Translations under genes and position numbers: made by a program
Notes under the pieces: generated by a model
The model's input: the letters and a program-made list of their open reading frames with translations, nothing else
Database searches by the model: none
Told to the model about the DNA's origin: nothing
NCBI GenBank assembly: GCA_963829055.1
Contig: CAWHHI010000004.1
Span: 608,001-672,000, forward strand
DNA length: 64,000 bases
Source of the DNA: an uncultured Gemmatimonadaceae bacterium
Lineage (GTDB): Bacteria; Gemmatimonadota; Gemmatimonadetes; Gemmatimonadales; Gemmatimonadaceae
Direction: 5' to 3'
Shown here: positions 24,513 through 35,923 of the stretch, in pieces
How the letters are laid out: every line of letters begins with the position of its first letter
Numbering within the stretch: position 1 is the first letter of the stretch

Positions 24513-26037
24513 TCAGCCGGCGGTCTCCGCATACCGCGACCGCAGGCGATTCACACCCCAGTGAAACGTCAGCGCGCTCGGCCCGAGCTCCTGGCTGTAT
24601 CGCTCGGAAACCAGCGGGCGCTCATCGACGTGGATCCCGAGCGGCCTGCCTAACGCTTGAAGACGCCAGTTGACCCGCAGATTCACCTCGTAGGCCGCGC
24701 GCAGCGCGCGAAAGGTCAGCCGATCGATTCCGCCCTCGAAAATCGGGAAGCGTTGTACGTATCGCCGAAAATCCTCGTACGAGCGTGGCGTGAAGACCCG
24801 ATCCAGCGCGTCCGTGTTCCACAGCGGCTGAGTGATCGCCTTCTTCGTTCGTCCGAACGCCGTTCGCGGCACTCCTGCCTCCTCGAGCAATCGACGCGGG
24901 ATCGGCCGGTCGTAGTCGGTGCCCAGCACCCATGGTCGCAGCGGTTCGGAGTTCGATATCGCGTAGATCGACGGATGCCGGATGTAGCCGAGGGTCGGCA
25001 CCGGGAAGTGGATGAATCCGGAGCGGAGCCGAAATTCCGTGAGGCTGCTGCCTCCCGGATAGAGCATCAGGAGCTCCGTGTTGACCCGTCGGCTGACCCG
25101 GTTCCACACGGCATCACCGAGGTATCCGGTGTACAGCGTCCGGCCGCCGAGGACGTCCGCAAGCGGCGCGAACACGACCTCCTCTCCGCCCGCGCCGCAC
25201 GCCAGAAATTCGGCTTCGGGAAAGCTGTCGAGTGTTTGATAGGTGAGCCGGTCGAATTCCAGCACACGGAGCCCAAGCGCCGCAGCAATCTCGGCGCCGC
25301 TGTCGTCTTCCTCGTCGTATCCAGGGCGCGCCCGTCCAAAGGTGATCGCTTCGCGGCAACCGACCTCCAATGCCAGGAGCGCTACTGCTGGCGAGTCGTA
25401 GCCGGACGAAATCGTCGCGATCGGAGGGTACCGCCGGCAGCGCGCCGTATGCTCCGCGTTGTCGTTGACGGCGCGGACGGTGTCCCGCAGGTAGCCGATG
25501 TAGTGGTCGTAGTTAGTGAATTCCGGCGGGAGGCTCTTGTCCTCGACGCGAATCGTGAGCGCCTGGTCGATGAACACGTTGCAGTGCATGAAGACACGCA
25601 CCTCGCCGCCGGACTTCGTCCGCACGCTCGGGCGGTACCGGCGGTACCCCCGCATGTTCGTCATCAGGTCGAAGTGGTAGTACTTGTACGCTGGATCGAT
25701 TTCCTCGCCCGCGACCACGAGCGCAAACACGAGCGAGTTCGAATGACGATCTCCTCGCCGCGCCGAATGAGGTGGAGACGTTCCAGCATGTGAGTTGGAG
25801 TCACGAACCGGACTCCATTCTCCGCTAGCTCACCCCCGAGCCGAAGCAGGCGATGGCGCTCGACGGGAGCGACGCGTCGAAGGGACCATCCCAGGCCCCT
25901 TCGACGAACCGATGGGCTCCCGTTTCCACCCAGGGGCCGTGATCGACAACGATGTCGCCAGCGCCACGGCGGATACGGGCGCACCATGCGAGGCGAGGAA
26001 GAGACGAACGCGACCGGTAGTCGAAGCGCATGTCCAT
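24513..26037 (-). CDS. Divergent adenine-nucleotide alpha-hydrolase / Asn-synthetase-like protein; frameshifted near the N-terminus
   Basis: PP-loop-like ATISSGYDS, TGYLGDAVW, YDRPIPRR..GVPR.AFG..KKA; N-terminus MRFDYRSRSSLPRLAWCA without catalytic Cys2. Confidence 0.6.
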
Positions 26038-26360
26038 ATCCTACACGGTCGAGAACAATGCGTCGAGGCGGCCCGTGCTGTCACCCACTGCTTCCCGCAG
26101 TGAACTGTCAGGACGGCCGACAGGCATCAGCGGCTGCCAGACGCCTGTCTGGCTGAACGGGCAAGCGCACTAGCCAGGTGGCGAAGGTGACGTACATCAC
26201 AAAGTTAAATGTCTGTAATATCATGTTGCACAACGAGTTCCAGATTGACCACCTGGCCAAACTTTCGAGATGAACGGGCAGTCTGTTGGGTGGACACGCC
26301 TGCCCGGCTCGTTGACATTAGCCGCAGACAGATCGGCAGGATCGTCGGCCTTCTCCCGAG

Positions 26361-26453
26361 GGTCACGACAAAGGCAAACGTGCTGAAAGGCATGGACGCA
26401 AAGCTCCGGGGCTGTAGCACGCAAACGCGTGCCATGCTGGCCGAGCCGCCGAC
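26361..26453 (+). ncRNA. c-di-GMP-I (GEMM) riboswitch, second copy
   Basis: GGTCACGACAAAGGCAAACGTGCT-GAAA-GGCATGGACGCAAAGCTCCGGGGCT..GCCGAGCCGCCGA; followed by RBS AGGAGA and ATG 26471. Confidence 0.88.
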
Positions 26454-26470
26454 ACTTCAGGAGACTCGAA

Positions 26471-28844
26471 ATGTCCTACTCGCGCCCGCCCAGGCTTGTG
26501 ATCATCGCATGTGCGGTGCTCGCAGCCTCGTGCGACGCTTCATCAGACGACGTCGGCGCCCGCTCGCTTGGTCCGGCCAACCTGGAAGTTCACGGTACCG
26601 GTACCACCGGATCCGCCCGATGCATCAATGGTGCCGACAGTCTCTACGCGTCGGTGTACCCAAAGTCGATATCGGCGACGGACGGCGAACAGGCCACAGC
26701 ATACGTGAGTGTTTTCACAGCCGACGGTGGGACGGTCTCCGCGAGCCAGGTTCGCTGGTCGATCTCCGATACCACGATCGCCACCATCGCATCGTTCGAC
26801 CCTAACGGGCGACCACTCGCCGTTGGACGTGCCGCCGGCACCACGGCGCTCGTGGCCACGTGCGGCGACCTTTCCACGTCGGCACCGCTGACCGTTTCCG
26901 GCAACGCGGGCGCTCCGCCGCCGGCTGATACCACGACCACGAAGGCGCCGTCGATTGCGGTGTCCGTGAAGCTCACGGTGCAGTCCATCACTCTGGGCCA
27001 GACGGCACAGGCGACGGCCACCACCACCAATGACACCGGACACCCGGTCGTGCTGTCGGGCGTGGAGTGGTCGAGCTCCAATGCCTCGGTCGCGAGCGTG
27101 AATGCGAGCGGGCTGATTACTGGCGTGGCGGCCGGCAGCACGACGATCAATGCGAAGGTCGGGGACTCGAACGGTACGGCCGAGCTATCGGTCGCTGCCG
27201 CGCCGCAGCCAACGCCAGCCGACCGCGCCGACGCCGCCGCCGACGGATGTCACGCCCGGTTCCGATGTGGGCGCCACTGCGCCGGAGCTGCCCCGGTCCG
27301 AGGTCAGCGACGCGCGGTTCGTGGGGGCAGGCGGCAGAACGATCCGCGTCGCCAGCGGCGGCGATCTTCAGGGGGCGCTCAACGAAGCGCAACCGGGAGA
27401 TCAGATCGTCCTCGCTGCCGGCGCGTCGTACTACGGAAACTTCGTGCTTCCCGCGAAGGCGACCTCGAACCCGTGTTCGGCGTGGACGATGATCACCACG
27501 GAAACGTCGTTGCCATCAGAGGGCGTTCGTGCGACGCCGAGCAACGCCGGGAGCTTCGCCAAGATCATCACGCCTAACTACGACGCCGCGCTCAAGACTG
27601 ACCGCGCCTCGTCGTGCTGGCGGATCGTCGGCGTCGAGTTGACGGTGTCGCCCGACTTCGGCGGCATCCAGTACGGTCTCATTTTCATGGGTGATGGCTA
27701 CGCGCGGTCACTCTCCGAGGTGCCCCAGGGCATCGTGCTCGACCGCACGTACATTCACGGGCAATCCAACACCAATGCCCAGCGTTGCGTCGCGCTCAAC
27801 TCGGCGCGCTCGGCGATCGTCAACTCGTGGGTGTCCGACTGCCACGGTCGTGGTTTCGACTCACAGGCGATTGCCGGTTGGAATGGTCCTGGACCGTACC
27901 TGATCGAGAACAACTTCATCGCCGGTGCTGGCGAGAACATCATGTTCGGTGGCTCGGATCCGAATATCCCGAACCTCTCGCCGTCGGACATCACGATCCG
28001 CCGCAACCACGTCTGGAAAGACCCCTCGTGGAAGGGCGCGTGGACGGTGAAGAACCTGTTCGAGCTCAAGCACGCCAAGCGCGTGCTCGCGGAAGGCAAT
28101 GTCTTCGAGAACAACTGGACGGATGGGCAGAGCGGCATGGCGATCGTGTTCAAGACGCTGTCCGACAACGCATCGGCGCCGTGGACGCAGACGGCGGACG
28201 TGACGTTCCGCTACAACATCGTCCGCAACTCGCCGCGCGGCTTCAACCTCCAGGGCATGGAAGGCAGCGTAGGCTCCCCGGTCGCACGCGTTCGGATCGA
28301 GCAGAACCTGTACGCGGACATCGGCACGGTTCAATGGAACCGAAGCGGTGGCTGGCTCAATCTCATCACGCATAACCCGAGCGACGTCATGCTCCGGCAC
28401 AACACCATGGTTCACAACGGCGCGGCCGGCTCGCTCTCGACCGCTGGTGCGTCCGGTGCAGGACTGGCGCTTACGCTCGACTACGGCGACGGCCAGGCAC
28501 GCCGCTTTGGGGTGGACGACAACATCTTTACGAATCCGAACGGCTACGCGACGCACTACTCGTCGATGGCCGTCGGGACAGCCAGCATCGCCGCGTTCGC
28601 CGGCAATTCGTGGTCGTTCAACCGCAACGTTGCCGCGGGCGTTGATCCGCTGTTCGCTCCTCTTCACCCGTCGACGAGCTTCTACCCGTCAACGGTCGCT
28701 GCAGTCGGCTTCGTGAATGCCGCCGGCGGTGACTATCGCCTGTCTCCGAGCAGCCCGTACAAGGGCAAGGGTGAGGGCGGAACGGATCCGGGTGTGGACT
28801 TCGACGAACTGGCCCGACGTACCGCAGGCGTCGTCTCCCGCTAG
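26471..28844 (+). CDS. Lipoprotein with 2 Big_2 Ig-like domains and a beta-helix domain (paralog of 20056..24364); frameshift near 27220
   Basis: MSYSRPPRLVIIACAVLAASC lipobox; WSSSNASVASVNASGLITGV; GDLQGALNEAQPGD, GWNGPGPYLIENNF, KNLFELK, GTDPGVDFDELARRTAG. Confidence 0.87.
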
Positions 28845-28870
28845 ACGCGGCCGACGTCCACGGTTGGAAA

Positions 28871-28905
28871 GAGAGGGGGCGGCGCACGATGCGCCGCCCC
28901 CTCTC
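28871..28905. terminator. Bidirectional intrinsic terminator
   Basis: Perfect 16-bp stem GAGAGGGGGCGGCGCA-CGA-TGCGCCGCCCCCTCTC between convergent genes. Confidence 0.8.
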
Positions 28906-28936
28906 CTTCATCGATTCTCCTGCCGAAGCGCGGCTC

Positions 28937-30013
28937 CTACCGGTCTCGCTCGGCGAGCGCCTCGACGATGCGCTCGGCGGCATGACCGTCCCACCCCTCC
29001 GGGATGCGTCCCTGTGGCTTCCGCGTGGGTCGAGTTCACTCACGAGTCCCGCCACTGCCGATGGGTCGCGAACGAGCACGTTCGTCCCTTCGGTGATCGT
29101 CACCGGCCGTTCCGTGTTGTCACGCACCGTGAAACACGGAATGCCTAACGCCGTCGTTTCCTCCTGCAGTCCCCCGGAGTCCGTGACGACGGCGAACGCC
29201 GACTGCACGAGATCGAGCATCGCGAAATAGCCGATCGGATCGAGCACCAGGACTTCGCCGAGGTCGATCCCCGCGCGCTGCCAATCGCTGACGCGTCCGC
29301 GGGTGCGCGGGAAATACTACCGGGCCTGGTCGTCGCAAGCTGACGCAGCGCCCGCGGCGATGCGCCCAAGGCGAACAGGGTCGTCGACGTTCGAGGGACG
29401 GTGGAGCGTGACCACGATCGCGCCATCGCCAACGCCCAATTGCGACCGAAACCCACTCGCTCGCGCGGCTGGCAACGCGTGCATGCAGCGTGTCGATCAT
29501 GACGTTCCCCACGAACGCGATCTCCTCATCCGGTTCGCCTTCGCGCTTCAGCGTTTCCGACGCGTCGCGTGACGGCGTGAGGAGCAGGTTCGCGAGACGA
29601 TCCGTGACGATACGGTTGATCTCCTCCGGCATCGTCCGATCGTAGCTTCGCAGCCCGGCTTCGACGTGGGCGACCCGAATACCGAGCTTCGATGCGACCA
29701 GCGCTGCCGCCACCGTCGAATTGACATCGCCGTACACGAGCACCCAGTCCGGCCGCCGATCGCACGAGAACCGGCTCGAGGCGCTCCATCACGCGCGCGG
29801 TCTGAACGGCGTGTGACGCGGAACCGACTTCCAGGTTCTCATCTGGCGTTGGAATGCCGAGCTGTTCGAAGAACTGCTCCGACAGCGCCAGCGTCGTAGT
29901 GCTGACCGGTGTGAACGATCGATCTGCTCCCAACCGGCGACGCACACCGCGCGATGTACCGGTGCCAGCTTTGGAAAGTTCGGACGCGCGCCGGCAATGT
30001 GGAGGAGATGCAT
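28937..30013 (-). CDS. wecB: UDP-N-acetylglucosamine 2-epimerase (non-hydrolysing); frameshifted
   Basis: GARPNFPKLAP, HTGQHYD, VYGDVNST, HVEAGLRSYDRTMPEEINR, GNVMID, TDSGGLQEET, NTERPVT. Confidence 0.93.
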
Positions 30014-30019
30014 CGCGCG

Positions 30020-31247
30020 TCAGGACCGAGCGCGCGTCCGCGCGCGCGACGCCGAGCGCCGACGTCGTTGACGAGGCGCGCGATGTCCTGCACATCGATA
30101 CGACCAGTCGTCGTGCGCGACGCGCTCCGATTGCGCTGCGACGCGCGGCCGGATCGCTGCCCGCGAGCGACCGCCGCACGGAGCGCGTCGACCCAGTCGT
30201 CGAACGTCGTTGCGCACGTGGCGATGTCCCGCACTTCCGAACTTCGGGCAGCGGCGACGAGACGATCGGAAGCCCCGCCGCGGCGTACTCGCGCAGCTTG
30301 ATCGGGTTGACGGAGAGCGTGAGCTCCGTCATGCGGAACGGAACGATGCGACGCGTGAAATCCGCGGCTGTAGGCCGGCAACTCCGCGTACGGCCGTCGG
30401 CCGAGCACGAACACGTTAGGCCTGCGTTCCAGCTCGGCTGAGATCCGTCTTCGCCGAGCCGATGACGACGAACGAGTACGGCAGCACGTCGGCGAGCCGT
30501 CCGATCAGCTCGACGTCCACCCACTCGTGAATGAGCCCGAAGAATCCGACGCGAGGCTCCGGGAATCTCGGCGAGGTCCGCCGGCAGCGCGCCGGTCGCC
30601 AACGCGCGAGGCGAAGTGCTCGAAATCGACGCCGTGCGGTACGTAGTGCACGTTGCTGACGAATGGCGGCGCAGCGCTCCGCCAGGTCCTCCGCGGACGC
30701 GATCACCAGGTCGGCAGTCTCGACAGAGCTCGCGCTTCGCCGCGCTCCATCGTCGCCGGATCGAATCCCTCGAACGCCGACCATTTGTCCACGCAGTAGT
30801 ACATCGTGAACGCGCGGGGCAGATGCGCGAATGTACGGCGCACACTGCGGTACGAACGAGCAGAGGAGCGGAGCGCCGAGTCGAGCCGAAGTCGCTTCGA
30901 GCTCCCGCCCGATCGTGAACCGGTAGAGCGAGCGCGTTCGCCTGCTGCGCGATCGCCGACTGCGGGATACGGCAGCGCCGGCGGCGTCATGACGTGCAGT
31001 CGGTCGAGCACCGGCCGCGATTCGCGCAGCATCGCCTTGGCCTTCGTGCAACAGTCGCTTGCGATCGTACGCGCTCGTCAGCTTCGGCGTTCGCATGCCC
31101 GGCCGCTTCGATCCAGAGCACATCGTTCGTTCGCGAGAAGCGCCGCATGATGTGGTGCTTGCTGGTCGGGTCCGCGGTCCAGTCGTTGGCGAACGTGACG
31201 AGATCGAGACCGCCAGCGAGCGGCGGCGGACTGAACGAGTCGGGCAT
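30020..31247 (-). CDS. Glycosyltransferase (GT-B, GT4/GumK-like); frameshifted
   Basis: FANDW..DPTSKHHIM, YYCVDKW, GFFGLIHEWVD, VNPIKLREYAAAGLPIVS. Confidence 0.8.
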
Positions 31248-31259
31248 GCCGATGTTCGA

Positions 31260-33192
31260 TGAGTCAACGTGCGACGGCGGTGGCGCCGACCGGCGCGCGC
31301 CGAGAGGACGTCACGGCGCCACACCTGGAAGGCCAGAACGCGCCAGAGGCGGGCGGTGTGGTCGCGACCGGCGCGATGCTCGGCGATGAGGCGCCGAACG
31401 TACGCCGCGTTCAACAACGGGTCGTCGCTCGCGGGCATGTACTCGTCGGAGGACGTCGTAGCCGCGTCTCGCGCAGCCAGCGCGCGAGGGGAACGAGGAA
31501 GCCGCGCTTCCGCGCGTGCGTGATGCTCCGTGGCAACACGCGCTCCGCGGCGCGATCGGACCAGTGCCTTCCCGTCGCCGCCCTGCAGCTTGACGTGGGG
31601 CGGGAGCTGCGCTGCCCACTCGACAGCTGATGGTCGAGGAACGGCACACGGCTTTCGATCGAGGCGGCCATGCTCATCTGATCCTGCTTCGCCAGCAGCT
31701 CCTCCAGGTACGTCACCTGGTCGAAGCGCAGCATCGCCTCGAGCGGGTTCGCCGCCAGCAGCTCTCGGTCGACGAGCGGTCCGAGATCCGCGTACGCAGA
31801 CGCCGCCCGCGCCGCGCCGACCAACTCGGCGCGATGCGCGCGGTCGAAATCGGCGAAGCTGTCGAGATACGCGTCCTCGAACGACGCCGCGCGTGCGAGG
31901 AATGATCGCTTGAGCCGACTTCCGACGTAGTCATCACCGAAGCGGTCGACCGCCGAGGCAACACCGCGGCGAAGCGTTGTCGGCAACGAGCCGTCGAGCG
32001 CACGCGCCAGTCGGTGATTCAGCAGCGCGCGCGGATAGCGCCCGTACCCGGCGAACAGTTCGTCGCTGCCTTCACCGGTCAGCACGACCTTCACGTTCGC
32101 GGCGGCCAGCTCGGACACGAAATAGAGCGGAATGCTGGCCGAGAACGTCAGCGGCTGATCACGGTGATGCGTTAGGCGCGGCAGCGCTTCGAAGAACTGT
32201 CGCGCCGTGCACATCACCTCGTGATGATCGGTGCGCGAACGTCCGAGGCGACATCGCGGGCGAATGGGAGCTCGCTCGCCTCCGCTTCCGCGAAACCGAC
32301 CGAGAAGGTGCGCAGCTCGTTGACGCCGCGCTCTCGCATCGCGGCCACGATGAGACTCGAGTCCACGTCCGCCGCTGAGAAAGACACCGAGCGGCACGTC
32401 AGCTCATGAGTGTCACGTCGACGGCTTCGACGAAGCGCCGCCAGAACTCATCGGCGGCTTCCGATAGCGACATGACCGACCGCGTCCCTCGCGCCAACGG
32501 ACTCGCGTCGTAGTCGGGCAGGTCCCAGTACCGATCCAGCCTAACGCTTCCGTCGCGCCATTCCAGCGTGTGGCCGGGCTGGCAGCTTGCGCACGCCGCG
32601 ATAGAGCGTCCGCTCGCCCCCGAGGGAGCCGATGGCGAAGTACTCTGTCACCAGAGCGTCATCGAGCTCCGGCTCGATGAGCCCACTCGCGAAGATCGCC
32701 TTGATCTCCGAGCCGAACACCAGATCGCCCGCGGCGGTGAGCGCGTAGAAGAGCGGCTTGATTCCGCTGCGATCCCGGGCGAGCAACAACGTGCGGCGCC
32801 GCTCATCCCAGATGGCGTACGCGAACATGCCTCGCAGCCGATCGGGCGATTGCCGGCCGTGCTCCTCGTACAGGTGGATGATCGCTTCCGTATCGCAACG
32901 CGCTTCGAAAAACGTGCCCGCCTGCTTCCAGCGGTTGCCGGTACTCGCTGTGGTTGTAGACCTCGCCGTTGTACGCGATCCACACCGTTTCGTCCTCGTT
33001 GGCCATCGGCTGATGCCCACCGCCGAGGTCGACGATCGACAGTCGTCGATGCCCGAGGACGACCGAACCCGAGCGATACACGCCCACGTCGTCCGGCCCG
33101 CGATGCTCGATCGACCGCGTCATCCGGTCGATTACATCGGGCGCGACCGAAGCTGCGCGATCGGCGAGCGCTACACCACAGATTCCACACAT
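31260..33192 (-). CDS. asnB: Second asparagine synthase-type amidotransferase; frameshifted
   Basis: MCGICG, HRGPD, HRRLSIVD, YNGEVYN, GIKPLFY, FLSGG, LTGEGSDELFAGY, MSMAASIESRVPFLD, RKRGF. Confidence 0.88.
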
Positions 33193-33198
33193 CGACTG

Positions 33199-35463
33199 TT
33201 ACCTGTCCTTCCCCGAAGAAGTAGAGCCATCGCGCGGAGTCTCCACGAGAACCGGACGATGCTCGGCGCGGAGCGTAATGGCGGCGTGCACCCCGGCGCG
33301 GCCGGCGTATCCGATGGAGCAACGGACTCCTGCCGCACCCTGGTCGACCGTCGACATCGATGAGCCAGGCTCCGCGAATGCGGTCAGCAGCCACGTTGGC
33401 GCGTCGCAGCGGTAGCGCAGTCGAAGCGTCTGCGATGACACCTCGCGTCCGTAGCCTGGAGAGGCAACGCTGGGTTCGATCGTGGCGCTCTCGAGGGTCG
33501 CTGACGGCGCGTGAGCCCAGGTCGCGAGGTAGCGGTCAGCGCTCACCCCTGCGGCGGTCGATGCGCATGGCGCTTCGGCCAAGGGCCACTGGAGAGTCAC
33601 TCGCTCGCTGCCAGACGGCACGAGCCAGTCCGCGATCAGCACACCCCACCGCGGTACCAGCACGACCTGGCGTCGATGCGTTAGGCGCCCGACAGTTCCG
33701 TCCCGCTCGTACACGAGCGCGCACGACCACAGACCGGCCGAGTCGCCTTCATCGACCGTGGGAGTTGGTGCGACGCGAGTCCACGAAAACGATCCCGACG
33801 GGACAGCCAGCGGCACGTCATCGATGGCGAGACACGCGTGCGCCTGCTCGGAGCGATACCAGTCGCGGCGTTCAGGATCGATGGTGTAGCCACTGCATCC
33901 CGGATCGCTGACGATCCGAGTGCTGCCTCGCGAGATCTCGACATGCCCGAGGTCCGTGTGCGCGTGGCCAGTTCGGTCACCGCCGTGCGGCCCAGCGTCG
34001 ACCACACAGTGCCATGGGTCCGGGACGCCATGCTCTCGCGCGATGTAGTACCCGGCGGCTGGAAGCCGCGTCGCTTCTATCGCGTTGGCGCGCGGCGCGC
34101 TTGCCGATGCCATGTGAGAGCTGAGCGTGGTCCAGGCCGCATCGTCGACGAGCCACCACGCACCGGACAACGCCGACTCGCGCACGTGTTCGAGCCACGC
34201 GCGATTTCCGAAGTACGCGGCGCCGGTCGCGAGCAAGGGACCGTGGTCCTGAGCATGTGAAGTCGCCAGGAGTAACGTCGACCCACTGTCTTCGTCCCCA
34301 ATCACCGGCCAACTGCCGTCAGGGCACTGGAACGCCGCGCTCGCATCGAGCATTGCCCGCAGTCGAGCCTCGAGTCCACTGGGAGCCGGGATGGCCGACG
34401 TCCGACAGAGCAACCAGAGGTGTAGGTAGAACTCCGCGGTGTATCGGTGATACCCAACGGAGCGCTCGAAGTGCATGCCGTCGTCCAGCACCTGGCGCGC
34501 GAGCTCGGACGAGAGGATCGCAGTGCCTCGCCTCGTCCACAACGCGCTCCGTCTGAACTCGGGAAACGATGCTCCGACGTAGACGAGCGCCAGCGCCTCG
34601 CCGGTCAGATGTGTGTTCGGGCTGTGGTGTGTCGAGTCGTACCGTTCGATGTGCCGAGCATGATGCCAGAGCGACGAGAGAAATCGCGTGAGCACGGGAC
34701 CATCCCATGCGCGCGACTCTCGGGTGAGTGCCCAGATCCAGCACCACGCAACCGCGCGGAACGCGACTTCGAGGCTGCTCGTCCAGTTGATTCCCCGAGC
34801 TGGTGGATTTTGCTCGATCCACCCTTCGAGCAACTGCACCGCGCGATCCGCGAACCGGTCGTCCTTGGTGAGAAAGTAGCCCTGTGCCAACCGGACGATG
34901 AGCGCGTGGCGGTTCAGCTCCCAGAGAAACTTGACATCGCCGCCATCGATGCCGCGCATGTACCGCACGCGGTGCCAATGGCGGCTGTCGGTCGACGCGC
35001 CGGTGATGGGGTGAACGGTCCATGCGTGAGTTGCATCGACGCGTACCTGCTGGCCAAAAAGGGACCAGTCCCCTTGGAGTGCCGAAGACGCCAGCTCGAG
35101 GAGTCGCTTCCGGTCGGGAAGCGTGTCCGGGTCCCGGTCCAGCAGATGCACGAGCGGGAATCGCCCAGCTGCCCGCTGTGCAAGCATCCGGCGAAGCTCG
35201 GACGGGTCTCGAGCCCAGGTGGCCGCGTCGGTCGTGAGGCGGTCAGCGAGGCGTCCGCGTACGGCATCGGTACGGACGTCGAGCACGACGTCGAGCCGCT
35301 TGGTCAACTCTTGCCGCAATCGAACTAGCGTCGCAAACGGCGGGCGTCGGGATGGAGGCAAAACCGGTGTGAAGCGTGGTGACGGGAGCGGGATCAGCGG
35401 TGCCGCAGGAGTCGCAGCCCGCTGACCACGAACAATAGCGGAGCGCCCGATCGCACGGCCCAT
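33199..35463 (-). CDS. Heparinase II/III-family (alginate-lyase-like) protein
   Basis: DVKFLWELNRH, GINWTSSLEVAFR, NTHL, DGMHFERS..YH, HAHTD, DPG...Y, RSEQAH; start uncertain. Confidence 0.85.
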   Translation of the reverse strand: MGRAIGRSAIVRGQRAATPAAPLIPLPSPRFTPVLPPSRRPPFATLVRLRQELTKRLDVVLDVRTDAVRGRLADRLTTDAATWARDPSELRRMLAQRAAGRFPLVHLLDRDPDTLPDRKRLLELASSALQGDWSLFGQQVRVDATHAWTVHPITGASTDSRHWHRVRYMRGIDGGDVKFLWELNRHALIVRLAQGYFLTKDDRFADRAVQLLEGWIEQNPPARGINWTSSLEVAFRAVAWCWIWALTRESRAWDGPVLTRFLSSLWHHARHIERYDSTHHSPNTHLTGEALALVYVGASFPEFRRSALWTRRGTAILSSELARQVLDDGMHFERSVGYHRYTAEFYLHLWLLCRTSAIPAPSGLEARLRAMLDASAAFQCPDGSWPVIGDEDSGSTLLLATSHAQDHGPLLATGAAYFGNRAWLEHVRESALSGAWWLVDDAAWTTLSSHMASASAPRANAIEATRLPAAGYYIAREHGVPDPWHCVVDAGPHGGDRTGHAHTDLGHVEISRGSTRIVSDPGCSGYTIDPERRDWYRSEQAHACLAIDDVPLAVPSGSFSWTRVAPTPTVDEGDSAGLWSCALVYERDGTVGRLTHRRQVVLVPRWGVLIADWLVPSGSERVTLQWPLAEAPCASTAAGVSADRYLATWAHAPSATLESATIEPSVASPGYGREVSSQTLRLRYRCDAPTWLLTAFAEPGSSMSTVDQGAAGVRCSIGYAGRAGVHAAITLRAEHRPVLVETPRDGSTSSGKDR

Positions 35464-35923
35464 CAGAGCGGGCTCGATGCAATCCGGTGCTCGATCTGGC
35501 ACGAACTGGTACGTGAACTCGTGCGGGAAACAGTCGTGCCCCGACTATGCAAATCCGCGACCTCGGCTCTTCGTGGAGGTTCGGCGTCGAATCAGCTGCT
35601 GCTGGCCCGGAAACACTGCCCAGGCCGATAGATTGACGATTTATCGGGTGACTCGTCGGCCTCTGCGGCGAGTTCAACACATACTGTAGGCCTCGTACAA
35701 CATGACTGCACGTGAGACCGCGACGAATGCCGTCTCGGGAGGCTTGGGATCTGCGCTGCGCGTTGGCTGACACCACCATGCGGATAGCCATTCAATGGTG
35801 GGGGTGCGTGGCCCATTTGCTGCTTGAGCCCTGGACGTCCCGGCACCTGTCCGGGTGCGGCGCGCTCCGTTCGACCGGAGTCGCGCCGTTGAGATGCTGT
35901 GCTCTCCCGTCAACATTTCTGTG

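Noticed and set aside
19932..26453. cGAMP-sensing (GEMM-Ib) variants of the riboswitches
   Set aside because: Both retain G at the discriminating position (GGCAAA), consistent with c-di-GMP specificity.
17723..33192. The two asnB genes as lasso cyclases
   Set aside because: Both keep the MCG N-terminal glutaminase nucleophile and have no adjacent precursor-like ORF.
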